Shown: piece after piece, positions 7,659 to 16,931 of the stretch
Position numbering within the stretch: position 1 is the stretch's first letter
Layout: each line of letters opens with the position of its first letter
Virus record (IMG/VR): IMGVR_UViG_3300045988_042325
Location: 1 to 44,231 of that record
Direction: 5' to 3' (one strand)
DNA: 44,231 nucleotides
Origin: a virus
Program-made: the position numbers and the translations under genes
The notes under the pieces: generated by a model
The model's input: only the letters and a program-made list of their open reading frames with translations
Databases searched by the model: none
What the model was told of the DNA's origin: nothing

Positions 7659-7991
7659 TTATTTTTCCGTCAATGCTTGAATTAGTTCGTCCCGTGTTTT
7701 TTTTAAACCCTCAACGTTATTTCCAGTGATTTTATTTTCAATGAGATTAAACATACTCCTCATTAAAAGCTGGGTATCATCCCGATTCTGGTTAATCTTG
7801 GAATAATCGTTATCCAGCTTTGTTTTAATGTCTTTGATGTCCGATTCTATTGCTTCGATCCTCTGCTCCATATCTTCTTGTGGTTTCTTTGCTCTGGCAT
7901 AAAGTGAGTAGAGGACACCAGCCGCTGCGCCAATCACTGACACATTTTTACAAATCACAATACACTCATTTAAAAATTCTATTCCTGTCAT
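7659..7991 (-). CDS. N-terminally membrane-anchored coiled-coil protein
   Basis: 110 aa with TM segment 'VSVIGAAAGVLYSLYA' followed by a charged coiled coil. GGAGGA RBS. Confidence 0.6.
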   Translation of the reverse strand: MTGIEFLNECIVICKNVSVIGAAAGVLYSLYARAKKPQEDMEQRIEAIESDIKDIKTKLDNDYSKINQNRDDTQLLMRSMFNLIENKITGNNVEGLKKTRDELIQALTEK

Positions 7992-8019
7992 GCCATGTCC
8001 TCCGGCTCAAATAATTTAC

Positions 8020-9138
8020 TCATAGCTTGCCTTTCTCGTACCGTCTCGCTGCTCCTCTGGCCTTTGCCGCCTGGTCACTGCTCCACCTTGCTATCCGCAG
8101 TCTATCTCTCAATGGTCTAAGATTGTTTTCTTTGCAAAAGTCGTTGTATGCTTTATTCTGGCGTTGTAACGTGTATGACTTACGGTCAAGGATCTGCTGC
8201 AATTCAAACTTTGCTTCGTTATCTGTACACTGGTCAACCGCTTCCTGCATTGCCATGACTTCTCGCTTTGTCTTGCGAATTCTCCGCTCCAATGCCCTTT
8301 GGCGTTGCTCCAGCTTCTCCATTTTGACATTATCAGCGGTCTGTATATCTTTGTAAGGATTGTTTACGCCATCGCCAGATCCGAAGCTATGGCGGCAATT
8401 CCAACCGCCAAGCCCTTCGCCTGTTCCATAGCCAGTATTGGAAAACGGCGGGAATCTCTTGTCTTTCCCTGTGCGACTGTAAAACTGGCCCTGCCACCAC
8501 AGATGATTTCCAGGGTTCTCCCCGCCGTCTCCCGTTCTGGCTCCAATATGAGCGGATACAAGGATTGTATCCCAGTCCATTTCTTCCATACGTTTCAAGG
8601 CAATCGCACACGCCGCCTGTGATACTCCTGTCCTTACGGCTCTTGCCGTTGCCGTCTCAATAGTGTCTTTATGACCAGACGGATACTGCACAATCACGCC
8701 ATTCTTTGCTACCTCTTCCACCGCTTCTCTGACGGCTTGTGTGTACGTTGTAGCCCCTGTGATGACCTTTCTATATGCCATGTCACATTCATTGATAAAA
8801 ACGGTCTGTGCGATTTCTGCAGTTGTTCTAGTATAATTGTTCCACTCGCTCATTGTGGCGATCATATCACGCTCAAGAATTCGGATCAGTAGTGGAGACT
8901 GTTCTAGTGGCTTCGGTGATAGTCCGGCGGCGGTATAGATCTCATCGTCTTTTTCTATGGCTTTTATCCCGGCTTCTTCCATCGCTGCTTTGATCTCTTT
9001 TTCCTGCATCTTGGTGTATTTCGCCAATTCTGCTGTGATCTCTTCCAACAACACCCCGGAGTCCTGCAAGATCTGTATCTGCCATTTATCTGATGAGGTA
9101 AAAAGATATTCGTCACCACGTCCTAATCTTGCCATCAT
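8020..9138 (-). CDS. Minor head protein (Mu F / SPP1 gp7-like, minor capsid protein 2 family)
   Basis: Core 'ILVSAHIGARTGDGGENPGNHLWWQGQFYS...GLGGWNCRHSF' is typical of the family. Lies downstream of the portal. Confidence 0.85.
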   Translation of the reverse strand: MMARLGRGDEYLFTSSDKWQIQILQDSGVLLEEITAELAKYTKMQEKEIKAAMEEAGIKAIEKDDEIYTAAGLSPKPLEQSPLLIRILERDMIATMSEWNNYTRTTAEIAQTVFINECDMAYRKVITGATTYTQAVREAVEEVAKNGVIVQYPSGHKDTIETATARAVRTGVSQAACAIALKRMEEMDWDTILVSAHIGARTGDGGENPGNHLWWQGQFYSRTGKDKRFPPFSNTGYGTGEGLGGWNCRHSFGSGDGVNNPYKDIQTADNVKMEKLEQRQRALERRIRKTKREVMAMQEAVDQCTDNEAKFELQQILDRKSYTLQRQNKAYNDFCKENNLRPLRDRLRIARWSSDQAAKARGAARRYEKGKL

Positions 9139-9239
9139 GCGGCCTATGATCTTTTTATGATGTAATTGTGCAAGAGGGAAGCGATCTCTTCACTTCCCTC
9201 CGATACTCTTTTAAGATAATCCGGTGATAGCATAAGCAC

Positions 9240-10049
9240 CTACTCTACATACCAAATTTCCTGTGATCCATTATCACGGCTGTGCCAGCAGGCACCCTCT
9301 AGCAGTCCGTCTTTGGTATTGTCCAGAAAATACCAGTCTCCCGTTCCGTCTGCTGGGTCTGTGTTCTTGCCGTCCCATCTGTGCCAGCCAGTCACCATGT
9401 ATCCGTTTATGTCGAAAAGATACCAATGATGATTAATCAACGCCCATCGATTCTTTACCATACCTGTGGCAGTGATGTATGTATATCCATTTTCTGTCTT
9501 ACTCCAGTGATCTTCAAGCCATATGATATCTCTGCCAGTGTCCAGGTTGATTGCCGTGTGATGACCCTCATATAGCAAGACATCCCCTGGAAGCAAATAC
9601 TTATCACTGGTGAGATATTTCTGGTCGTTCAAAACTTCAAAACCAGCTTTTTTAAGCGCTGCTTTAAGATTCCCGGTATAACAGTAGATACTTACGTTTT
9701 TTAAGTTCTCAACATTAAGGAGATAGCCAACTGCCTTAACGATAGCTGCCACTCCTGCGCTGCAATCAGTCTCGCAGTAACGAGTAATCTTTGACGGGTC
9801 ATAGTCGGATGCTTTCAGTTGCTGCCAGAATGTGTAACGGTCTCCCTGATCGTACCCTATATGGTCATTCTTTGCCGCCTTTTTCGCAAGCTCCGCTATC
9901 TTTTTCCCTACCGTAGCGTTTGGATGCCGGAGCATAACGCCCCACGGGCGGCTATACCACGGGATCACCGCCCACTCCTGGCCTGTCTGGTCTCCAGCCT
10001 GTCCGCCTGTGTATTTACCTCTTTCATCATGTCCACAGTTACTAATCAT
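9240..10049 (-). CDS. Endolysin: Cys/His peptidoglycan hydrolase domain plus C-terminal cell-wall-binding (choline-binding-type) repeats
   Basis: Start moved to ATG 10049 (MISNCGHDERGKYTGGQAGDQTGQEW), with a GAGGAGG RBS. Candidate catalytic residues are Cys in 'CETDCSAGVAAIV' and His in 'EGHHTAINL'. C-terminal aromatic repeats: 'GMVKNRWALINHHWYLFDINGYMVTGWHRWDG...GDWYFLD'. An 8-bp hairpin at 9174..9200 follows the gene. Confidence 0.8.
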   Translation of the reverse strand: MISNCGHDERGKYTGGQAGDQTGQEWAVIPWYSRPWGVMLRHPNATVGKKIAELAKKAAKNDHIGYDQGDRYTFWQQLKASDYDPSKITRYCETDCSAGVAAIVKAVGYLLNVENLKNVSIYCYTGNLKAALKKAGFEVLNDQKYLTSDKYLLPGDVLLYEGHHTAINLDTGRDIIWLEDHWSKTENGYTYITATGMVKNRWALINHHWYLFDINGYMVTGWHRWDGKNTDPADGTGDWYFLDNTKDGLLEGACWHSRDNGSQEIWYVE

Positions 10050-10053
10050 GGTT

Positions 10054-11502
10054 TTATTCCTCCTCAAATAGCCTTGTCTTTTCGTCCGGCTCCGCTTCTT
10101 TCACCATTGCTTTTGCTTCGGACTCCGTCATTCCCTCAAACTTCACAAAGTACTTCCAAGCCGGAACTTTTCTCTGCACCACATAATTCCACCAGGTGGC
10201 TTTGTCCTCCTGGTAGTTGTACGTGATATCTCCAAAGTCATAGGTTACTTTGTAAGTACCAACCGGAGCCAGCCCATACAAATCAGCATATACACTAAGT
10301 GCATAGATAGCACCATCCATGCAGGATTGCAGTTTGTCCCGAACGTCCTTAATCAGTTGGATTGTTCTTCGGTCATCAGCTTCCACCTGTGTAGCCGTCA
10401 CCATTCCGGTTTTCTCGTTAAACACAAAATAACCATTACTAAATCCACATTTATAGCCAAGCTGTGACAGTAACGCATTAATTCCGATTAACCGTACATC
10501 TGTGTTCAGCTGCGGGTTGATCTCCTGGTAAAACTCTTTCTGGTCATTGCCATAGACGTTTTTTACATAATGCGGTAAATGCATATCATCACGCCGTCTA
10601 GCAAGTCCCTCTGGTGTCTGTGCGTGGATAGGGGTACCGTCCGGCATCAGCAACCGATCGTCTGCTAAAATAATCTTCTGCGAATCTTTGATTTCCCTGG
10701 CGTTCCGACTATACGCAATGTCAAGGTCTTTCAATTCCTCAATTGCTTCTGCGTAAATAGGCAAACCAAGGATCGTATTTTGGTCTATATTGTTTGCCTG
10801 CGGTGTCCGAAACACGCCAAACATCGGGCCGTCCAGGCTTTCTCCATTAGCTTTCATGATCGGCGGTGTTTCTTCCATCAGATCAGCCCACTTTGTTTTG
10901 CTAAGCGAAATAGGTTTACCGATGCTATCCGCTGAGTCGGATACATACGCCCGGTTACTGATGTAGTAAGGTGAGACCTCCACGCCATCCACAACGCTAT
11001 CAACAAACCTGTGATACTCAAGCCTGGTGTATGTCTTATCACCCTGTGTATACTGGTCTTTAAAAATAATTCCCCGGATCTCCTGGTTATCGCAATCAAC
11101 CAGCAGCACATCCAGCGGGGTGAAGTGATCAAAGCCTGTCCCGTTGGGTTTAATAAACACAGTACCGTAGGCGCATCCATACTCTACCCATGTGCGGATC
11201 TGCGAGTACATGGTATCAACCTTTTTCTGGAGCCATTCCGCCCTCGCTGATCCTTCCACCCGGATACCAATAGCCAGCGTTGCCAGTCTGGCAGTCTCCG
11301 AGCATACAGACTTAGAAAAATTGATAGTCTTAATGCCATCTTCTGCATCTACCCACGGCGGTGTACCTCGGTAGATGTTGGCGCACTTCTGTGTGATCGC
11401 TTCCATCACTGGGGACTCGATCACGTCAATTTTAAAATCCTTTTCTGCCTGGCTTTTAAATATCATTTCTATCCACCTTTTAATTGTTGTAATAAGTCCC
11501 AT
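10054..11502 (-). CDS. Portal protein
   Basis: 482 aa, immediately after the large terminase and before the MuF-like gene. Size and position are canonical. Confidence 0.8.
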   Translation of the reverse strand: MGLITTIKRWIEMIFKSQAEKDFKIDVIESPVMEAITQKCANIYRGTPPWVDAEDGIKTINFSKSVCSETARLATLAIGIRVEGSARAEWLQKKVDTMYSQIRTWVEYGCAYGTVFIKPNGTGFDHFTPLDVLLVDCDNQEIRGIIFKDQYTQGDKTYTRLEYHRFVDSVVDGVEVSPYYISNRAYVSDSADSIGKPISLSKTKWADLMEETPPIMKANGESLDGPMFGVFRTPQANNIDQNTILGLPIYAEAIEELKDLDIAYSRNAREIKDSQKIILADDRLLMPDGTPIHAQTPEGLARRRDDMHLPHYVKNVYGNDQKEFYQEINPQLNTDVRLIGINALLSQLGYKCGFSNGYFVFNEKTGMVTATQVEADDRRTIQLIKDVRDKLQSCMDGAIYALSVYADLYGLAPVGTYKVTYDFGDITYNYQEDKATWWNYVVQRKVPAWKYFVKFEGMTESEAKAMVKEAEPDEKTRLFEEE

Positions 11503-13124
11503 TATGCGCTATATCCTCTCCTGTTAAACAATGGCTCATAGGCATATCTAAGCGCTGAAATAGCGTGATCATTTCCATCTGGATAACCACTTATCACGTT
11601 TCCTTCCTTGTCTCGCTCATACTCATACTCCGTGATTTCTTTGTATGCATTCGGCGTTCTTCTCGGGTCAATAACAATAGTTTTTGTCTGTAAAAACTTA
11701 AACCCATATTCGACACTGCCTGGGCCTTTAATTGCGCCCCTGGCTGGAAGACCTGCATCACGGTAATCTGTCACTGATTTCGGTTCTGCCGAATCACATA
11801 TCATCGTGTAGTCGTCATAGCCTTTTTTCTTGATCCAGTCAGCGGTCTTTGCATTGCTCCACTTATTGACGTACAATTCATCAAGCAGATATATCTTTTC
11901 TCTGGCAGAATCATAATATGTTCGCAGATAGCAGTAGGCGTCTGGAAACCACCCATAGTCAACGCCTGGGTAAATCCTATCCATATGGCTGATCTCTTCA
12001 TTCGTGATCTCTCTGATTTCCAGATATTCGAATACATTACCACCGTTTCCATTTGGAACTCCACCATACTCGTGTTCGTATGCATTTGGGTTTACTTCTT
12101 TCAGATGCTCCGCTTCATCAATGAACGGCTGTCCTAGCCATTCTGGAGGAACATCTAAATAAGTTGATGAATGTACTATTCTGTTCTCTTTTGGTTCAAG
12201 AACATACTTATTCGCCCAGTTGTTCATGGTCTTGGGTGGGTTAAAGCTCTTGAATATCCATGCGAGATCGCCGCCACGGATTGCAGACTGTTCGATTTTT
12301 CGAACTTCCTCCGGTCCCGAAAACTGATCCAGTTCCTCAAACCACAAAATTCCGATATATCCAAACTCCGGATTAATAGATTTGATTTTGTCTGGATCAT
12401 CAGCTCCACGGAAATAAATCTTCTGTCCGGTTGCTTTCAGTGTGATCTCTAAAGGGGATAACTTGGCGTCAAATTCTTCTGTGAATTCCTGTTTGCCGAT
12501 AGCCCACTTGATTTTGTTGTATACAGAATCCTTTATTGTGTTTCCAACTTTACGGCAAACCACTGCATGGACATCATGGTTATTCTTCAAAAGCTCAACG
12601 ATAGTCATTGCCACAGTGGTAGACTTGGTAGAGCCACGCCCGCCCTTGAATACATATTCCAGGTGTTTTTTATCCCTTATATCCCTAATCACTGGATGAA
12701 ATTTATCTGGGATATTATACAGATCCATATGATATTCTTTAGCATTCCTGGCCGCTTCCTCTGCCTGTTTCTGTGCTTCTTTTTGTTCTTTGATGGCAAG
12801 CGTCTTCTCCAGATCAGACATAGCTTTCAGCTGCTCTGTAAACGCTGGAGTAAATCCAAAAGAATCCTTTAGCGTACCACTGGCAATCTGAGAGCGGCGT
12901 TTCTGGATATCTGCCAAGGACATGATGTCGGTACCGTTAAGTTTATCAATCTCAGCTTGTCGCTCAGCTATATAGGTAGCAATGTTAGGTTTCCTAATGT
13001 TCTCGTATCCTTGTATTTCTGGCTGTTTGTATCCTGCTTTTCTTGCTGCGTCCGATGCGTTCCCGCCGTTCTTTATGTAGTTGTCTGCAAATGCTTTCTG
13101 CTTCGGCGTCAATTTCGGTGTCAT
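11502..13124 (-). CDS. Terminase: small-subunit-like N-terminal domain fused to a PBSX/XtmB-type large subunit
   Basis: Residues 1 to about 115, 'KLTPKQKAFADNYIKNGGNASDAARKAGY...', match the TerS (Terminase_2-type) HTH pattern. Walker A 'FKGGRGSTKST' starts at about aa 160, followed by a TerL ATPase/nuclease body. The ORF is single and uninterrupted. Confidence 0.85.
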   Translation of the reverse strand: MTPKLTPKQKAFADNYIKNGGNASDAARKAGYKQPEIQGYENIRKPNIATYIAERQAEIDKLNGTDIMSLADIQKRRSQIASGTLKDSFGFTPAFTEQLKAMSDLEKTLAIKEQKEAQKQAEEAARNAKEYHMDLYNIPDKFHPVIRDIRDKKHLEYVFKGGRGSTKSTTVAMTIVELLKNNHDVHAVVCRKVGNTIKDSVYNKIKWAIGKQEFTEEFDAKLSPLEITLKATGQKIYFRGADDPDKIKSINPEFGYIGILWFEELDQFSGPEEVRKIEQSAIRGGDLAWIFKSFNPPKTMNNWANKYVLEPKENRIVHSSTYLDVPPEWLGQPFIDEAEHLKEVNPNAYEHEYGGVPNGNGGNVFEYLEIREITNEEISHMDRIYPGVDYGWFPDAYCYLRTYYDSAREKIYLLDELYVNKWSNAKTADWIKKKGYDDYTMICDSAEPKSVTDYRDAGLPARGAIKGPGSVEYGFKFLQTKTIVIDPRRTPNAYKEITEYEYERDKEGNVISGYPDGNDHAISALRYAYEPLFNRRGYSA

Positions 13125-13138
13125 TTACCCACCTCTGT

Positions 13139-13405
13139 TTAGTCCCATCTTTCTACGGTCTCCCATATATCTTTAAGGCACATCACCACGTCTACCTGTG
13201 ACGATGTCCTTAATATCTCATAATCCTTTATCTTCCATGTTCTCGTTCTCTGGCTCATTTGTAGTGTAGGTGTGCTTAACGTAGTCATTGTGATCATCCT
13301 GTCCTGGTCTTTGCTATAAAATTGACTGGTGCTGATCTTTATTACCAGGCGTTTCGACAATATGGCTTTCTGTAGTTTTTTAATAATTGCGTTCAGTTTT
13401 GCCAT
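13139..13405 (-). CDS. Hypothetical protein upstream of terminase
   Basis: Start moved to ATG 13405 (MAKLNAIIKK), with a GGAGGTGAGT RBS. Confidence 0.55.
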   Translation of the reverse strand: MAKLNAIIKKLQKAILSKRLVIKISTSQFYSKDQDRMITMTTLSTPTLQMSQRTRTWKIKDYEILRTSSQVDVVMCLKDIWETVERWD

Positions 13406-13507
13406 ACTCACCTCCAACTAAAAAATGCCCCATATGGTCATGGATTCTCTATTTCCATGTTACCATACAGAGCATTTCTAGTTGTCCCCACCTTAATGTT
13501 ATTTACA

Positions 13508-13816
13508 TTATTTCTTCCAGTCGATTTTCTGTCCACAATTGATATTGCTGCATCTAGCACCTTCTACAACGTATCCATTGCACTTCGGACAATAATAATC
13601 CGTTTCAAAGCAAATAGGTTTCACCGGGATCTGTTTGTCCAGAAGCCAAACGATTTCATTATACATTCTCGCCTTTTCTTTTATATCTTCAATATCAACA
13701 GGTCCTTTCACATATAAAATCTTTTGCAAGTAGCCTTCCCTCTTCTTTTGAAAATACTCTTTGTATTCCTTTGCTTTTTCTTCTTTCACGCTAATCTTCC
13801 TTTCTATCCAAAACAT
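13508..13816 (-). CDS. Zinc-ribbon protein
   Basis: C-terminal 'CPKCNGYVVEGARCSNINCGQ' has a CxxC...CxxxxC arrangement. Confidence 0.6.
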   Translation of the reverse strand: MFWIERKISVKEEKAKEYKEYFQKKREGYLQKILYVKGPVDIEDIKEKARMYNEIVWLLDKQIPVKPICFETDYYCPKCNGYVVEGARCSNINCGQKIDWKK

Positions 13817-13832
13817 ATTTGTCTCTACAATC

Positions 13833-14054
13833 TTATACCAATTCTTCTTGGTAAAGGCTTAATGTCATGTCACCCTCGAACGGTTTTCCACCTATGAACT
13901 TTGTTTTTAAATCTCCATTTTCCAATGACACAATAAGAACACAATTGTTGAATACTGTAACAAACTCTTCCCCGTTTTCTAAATGGGCATCTTCTCCGTA
14001 TGTTTCTCTGTATTTCTCAAATGCTAAATTAATAGCTTCCATTATTTCATTCAT
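13833..14054 (-). CDS. Hypothetical small acidic protein
   Basis: 73-aa ORF with an ATGA overlap to the upstream small ORF. Confidence 0.55.
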   Translation of the reverse strand: MNEIMEAINLAFEKYRETYGEDAHLENGEEFVTVFNNCVLIVSLENGDLKTKFIGGKPFEGDMTLSLYQEELV

Positions 14055-14087
14055 TTTCCCATCTCCTCCAGCTTTTTCTCTATCGGA

Positions 14088-14267
14088 TTAACAATCTCGT
14101 CTAATACCTGCTGTTCGTAATTTTCTTTCCAAAACTTCTCTCTTCTCCAGAAAGGGATTTTTTCTAACCTGTTGTATTAAATCAATGCACGCCATAGCTG
14201 TTAGCATTCCCCAACATCCATCACACGCTCTTTCATTGCACCATCTAACAAATTCCTTAAAACTCAT
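14088..14267 (-). CDS. Hypothetical Cys-rich small protein (59 aa)
   Basis: Own translation, below the ORF-track cutoff: MSFKEFVRWCNERACDGCWGMLTAMACIDLIQQV... Has an ATGA overlap with the HNH gene stop. Confidence 0.5.
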   Translation of the reverse strand: MSFKEFVRWCNERACDGCWGMLTAMACIDLIQQVRKNPFLEKREVLERKLRTAGIRRDC

Positions 14268-14647
14268 GATTTTTCCTCCATTTTTTCAAAATAAAACACA
14301 ATCGGATGTTCTTTTTCTTCTATCAATCCATATTTCACTGCCAGTCGGTACCGGAAATCCTTCCTGAGATTTTCCATCATCGTAACCTTTAAGCGTTCCC
14401 GGAACTCTTCCATCTCGAAAGTGGATTTGTACAAATTGCACTGCCTACATGCCGGAATAAAATTTGATATGTCGTTTAATTTCTCTGAATCCATATCACC
14501 CAGATAATCACCGTGCACATATACCGGCTTAAGGTGATCCACCTGCATGTCCTTATAGGCTATTTCGCAACCACAGTAGCCGCATCTGTGATTGTACTTT
14601 TCATACAGTGCCAGCCTTGTCTTTTTCGGAATTGCTTTTCTACTCAT
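14264..14647 (-). CDS. HNH endonuclease
   Basis: 'CGYCGCEI...VDHLKPV...NFIPACRQCNLYK' matches the HNH/zinc-finger pattern. HNH genes near terminase are common packaging accessories. Confidence 0.85.
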   Translation of the reverse strand: MSRKAIPKKTRLALYEKYNHRCGYCGCEIAYKDMQVDHLKPVYVHGDYLGDMDSEKLNDISNFIPACRQCNLYKSTFEMEEFRERLKVTMMENLRKDFRYRLAVKYGLIEEKEHPIVFYFEKMEEKS

Positions 14648-15003
14648 GTGGTCTCCATTTCTTTCAACTTGGCTTCTGCTTCCTCACGAGTGAGAAATAC
14701 GGTTTTTCCAAGAGAATTCAACATGGTTAAGCAAAACTGAGATTTTTTCACAAAATATTTTTTCTTTTCGTATTCGCATGGAATATTTTCTTCACATTTC
14801 CACTTTTGGAAAGCTTTGCAATCATAATCATTCTTGCAGTCATACATATAACTTAACGTGTAAACTGTACCTCCGACTTTGCACGGAAGTCTCACCAGTA
14901 TCCCATGTTCCTCCATCTGCTCCATGTTGGTCAATTTCTCAGCAATCTGATCCAGTGCTTTCCATCTTTCATCCTCTGCCAGCTGCTTCACTCCCTTCCT
15001 CAA
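14644..15003 (-). CDS. Hypothetical protein, paralogous module with 15529..16155
   Basis: Shares 'LVRLPCKVGGTVY' and C-terminal 'VFLTREEAEAKLKEME' with the 208-aa ORF. The ORF-track start is a TTG, so the start is uncertain. Confidence 0.5.
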   Translation of the reverse strand: MRKGVKQLAEDERWKALDQIAEKLTNMEQMEEHGILVRLPCKVGGTVYTLSYMYDCKNDYDCKAFQKWKCEENIPCEYEKKKYFVKKSQFCLTMLNSLGKTVFLTREEAEAKLKEMETT

Positions 15004-15154
15004 AATTCTCTTTTATTGCGTGTCCAAGCGCAAATATAAAAACCATTTCATCCATCGTCAGATTCCGGTTCAGCGATCCGTCCCAAACATTGATTGCCCT
15101 ATAGATTTCAAGCAGTGCATCGCCGTCTTCTTTGCATATGATTCCGTTTTTCAC
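14969..15154 (-). CDS. Hypothetical small protein
   Basis: 61-aa ORF overlapping its neighbours in operon fashion. Confidence 0.4.
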   Translation of the reverse strand: MKNGIICKEDGDALLEIYRAINVWDGSLNRNLTMDEMVFIFALGHAIKENFEEGSEAAGRG

Positions 15155-15486
15155 TCTTGTACCCCCTTGTCTGTCTCTTTTTCTTCCAGATTCAGTTCTG
15201 TACCATCGATATTGCCATTAAGTTTGTTCTGGCAATGGCACAATAACAAATCAAGCCTGTGTGGATCAGTGATTTTCTTAGCCAGGATATAGTCCAATAC
15301 CCGATCAACACTTTTAATTCTGTATTTTATAATGTTATCATTGTACAATTTTCGAAGATTATCAATTTCAGATGCATGACGCTTAATTTCTGCACGCTTG
15401 AGTTCGCAGCAATTATACTCATCAATAAGCGTCTGCTTGCGGTCTCTTGCTATTTCTTCCGGCGTATATCCGTTGATTTTTTCCAT
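15151..15486 (-). CDS. Hypothetical protein
   Basis: Start moved to ATG 15486 (MEKINGYTPEE), with a GAAGGAGG RBS. Confidence 0.6.
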   Translation of the reverse strand: MEKINGYTPEEIARDRKQTLIDEYNCCELKRAEIKRHASEIDNLRKLYNDNIIKYRIKSVDRVLDYILAKKITDPHRLDLLLCHCQNKLNGNIDGTELNLEEKETDKGVQE

Positions 15487-15528
15487 TATTGTACCTCCTT
15501 CATATCTTCCTTGCAAAATCCCAAATGT

Positions 15529-16155
15529 TCATTTTCGCATCTCTTCCAACTTCTTCTCAGCTTCTTCACGGGTGAGGAATATATTTTCCCCGATAATTGA
15601 CAATGGGATCGAAAAACTTTTCTCACACTCTATGTAACCACTTTCCGGCCCGGTCTCATCATCAATCCATTCATATAACCACTTTGCCTTAACCGCAATC
15701 TTTACCCAGTTCCTTCGAGCAAACCGGAATGAAACAACTCGACCTTGAAAATATGAGGGAATCTTATTGTCTACGTCTTCATAGCATTCCATATCCTCTA
15801 TTGGAAGTATTGCGCTATCTACATACACTGTATCTCCGACCTTACACGTCAATCTCACAAGTAAGCCCTGTTCTTCTAAATCTTTATATTCTTGCCATTT
15901 ATTTGCTTCTTCGTAAGTCAAAATTCTTGCGTTTACGGGATGTTTCTTATCCGGTTCAGAAAGCTTCATTTCCAGAGCATCAATTACATCAGCAAGAGAA
16001 AATGTAGATTCTTCTCCAAATATTTTATGTAGACGTTCTTCTAAGTCTTCGTAATCGCAGAGTTTTCGTGCTGCCGAAATATAATCGTGCTGTTTAACCC
16101 AGACATCTGATTCTCCGTTCGGTGCAATACCATATCTTTTTGTTAATCTCTCCAT
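15529..16155 (-). CDS. Hypothetical protein, paralogous module with 14644..15003
   Basis: 208 aa. Contains 'LVRLTCKVGDTVY' and C-terminal 'IFLTREEAEKKLEEM'. Confidence 0.65.
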   Translation of the reverse strand: MERLTKRYGIAPNGESDVWVKQHDYISAARKLCDYEDLEERLHKIFGEESTFSLADVIDALEMKLSEPDKKHPVNARILTYEEANKWQEYKDLEEQGLLVRLTCKVGDTVYVDSAILPIEDMECYEDVDNKIPSYFQGRVVSFRFARRNWVKIAVKAKWLYEWIDDETGPESGYIECEKSFSIPLSIIGENIFLTREEAEKKLEEMRK

Positions 16156-16458
16156 CTACTTCACCTTTCCTGTAATCTCATCAATACACTGGTTCCAGCC
16201 CTCCACAAAGCCAGCATCAGACGTATTAGCCGGATAATCTCCATTGTCTTTCTCTGGCAAGTCCATAAGCGGACACCAGTCTGGTCTTGATTTACTTTCA
16301 AAGCCGTAGTATTCTTCTGTTACCAACGTCATGATTTTTCCTAAATGTTCAGCTAATTCACAATTCCCCTTATAGATACAAATATCGTAATATTCAGTTC
16401 CAAATGGACAGTTGTAACAGCTTTTTGGTGTATCAATCACTAATACTGATTTACTCAT
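16156..16458 (-). CDS. Hypothetical Cys-containing protein
   Basis: 100 aa with 'CYNCPF...C...C' and 'RPDWCPL'. Confidence 0.6.
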   Translation of the reverse strand: MSKSVLVIDTPKSCYNCPFGTEYYDICIYKGNCELAEHLGKIMTLVTEEYYGFESKSRPDWCPLMDLPEKDNGDYPANTSDAGFVEGWNQCIDEITGKVK

Positions 16459-16931
16459 GATTCCTCCTGTAATAATTCTGGGTTTTCAACTACTTCCATT
16501 TCAAGTCTTTTGATGTACTCTTTTGTAAGAGGCATTGAATAACAGAACGGTTCTGTTCTACTAAGTTCATCTGTATAAATAACTTCGTAATGCCATCCAA
16601 CAACCTCATCTGTCACGTTTTCTGTTTCAAAGTCAGTTACTCCAAATTCGCCAAATACTGCTCTTACAAGTTCTTGAGGATTTCCATGACACATCAAAAT
16701 ATCATTCTCCCAAATTTTTTCCCCGTTCTTGTCGCAAAGTCCGGTGAACTGGCAGAGGGTTTTTGGATCAACTTCAAACCACCTAATTACAGGAGTACAA
16801 AAAACCTCAAATATATCACCGTAAATGGATATATCAATGCCAATGAATGGCTTGCCATTGCGTTCCGCATAATATCCCTCAACCCATTTTCCATTATCAA
16901 TCCGCTTTGCCTTGAAAAGAATTTCTCTCAT
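16455..16931 (-). CDS. YopX family protein
   Basis: N-terminus 'MREILFKAKRIDNGKWVEGYY' is the YopX signature. Confidence 0.8.
   Translation of the reverse strand: MREILFKAKRIDNGKWVEGYYAERNGKPFIGIDISIYGDIFEVFCTPVIRWFEVDPKTLCQFTGLCDKNGEKIWENDILMCHGNPQELVRAVFGEFGVTDFETENVTDEVVGWHYEVIYTDELSRTEPFCYSMPLTKEYIKRLEMEVVENPELLQEES

Noticed and set aside
9174-9200. Hairpin GAGGGAAG-n11-CTTCCCTC after the endolysin as a rho-independent terminator
   Set aside because: The stem is perfect and 8 bp long, but no U-tract follows on the minus strand. It is noted as a structure only.
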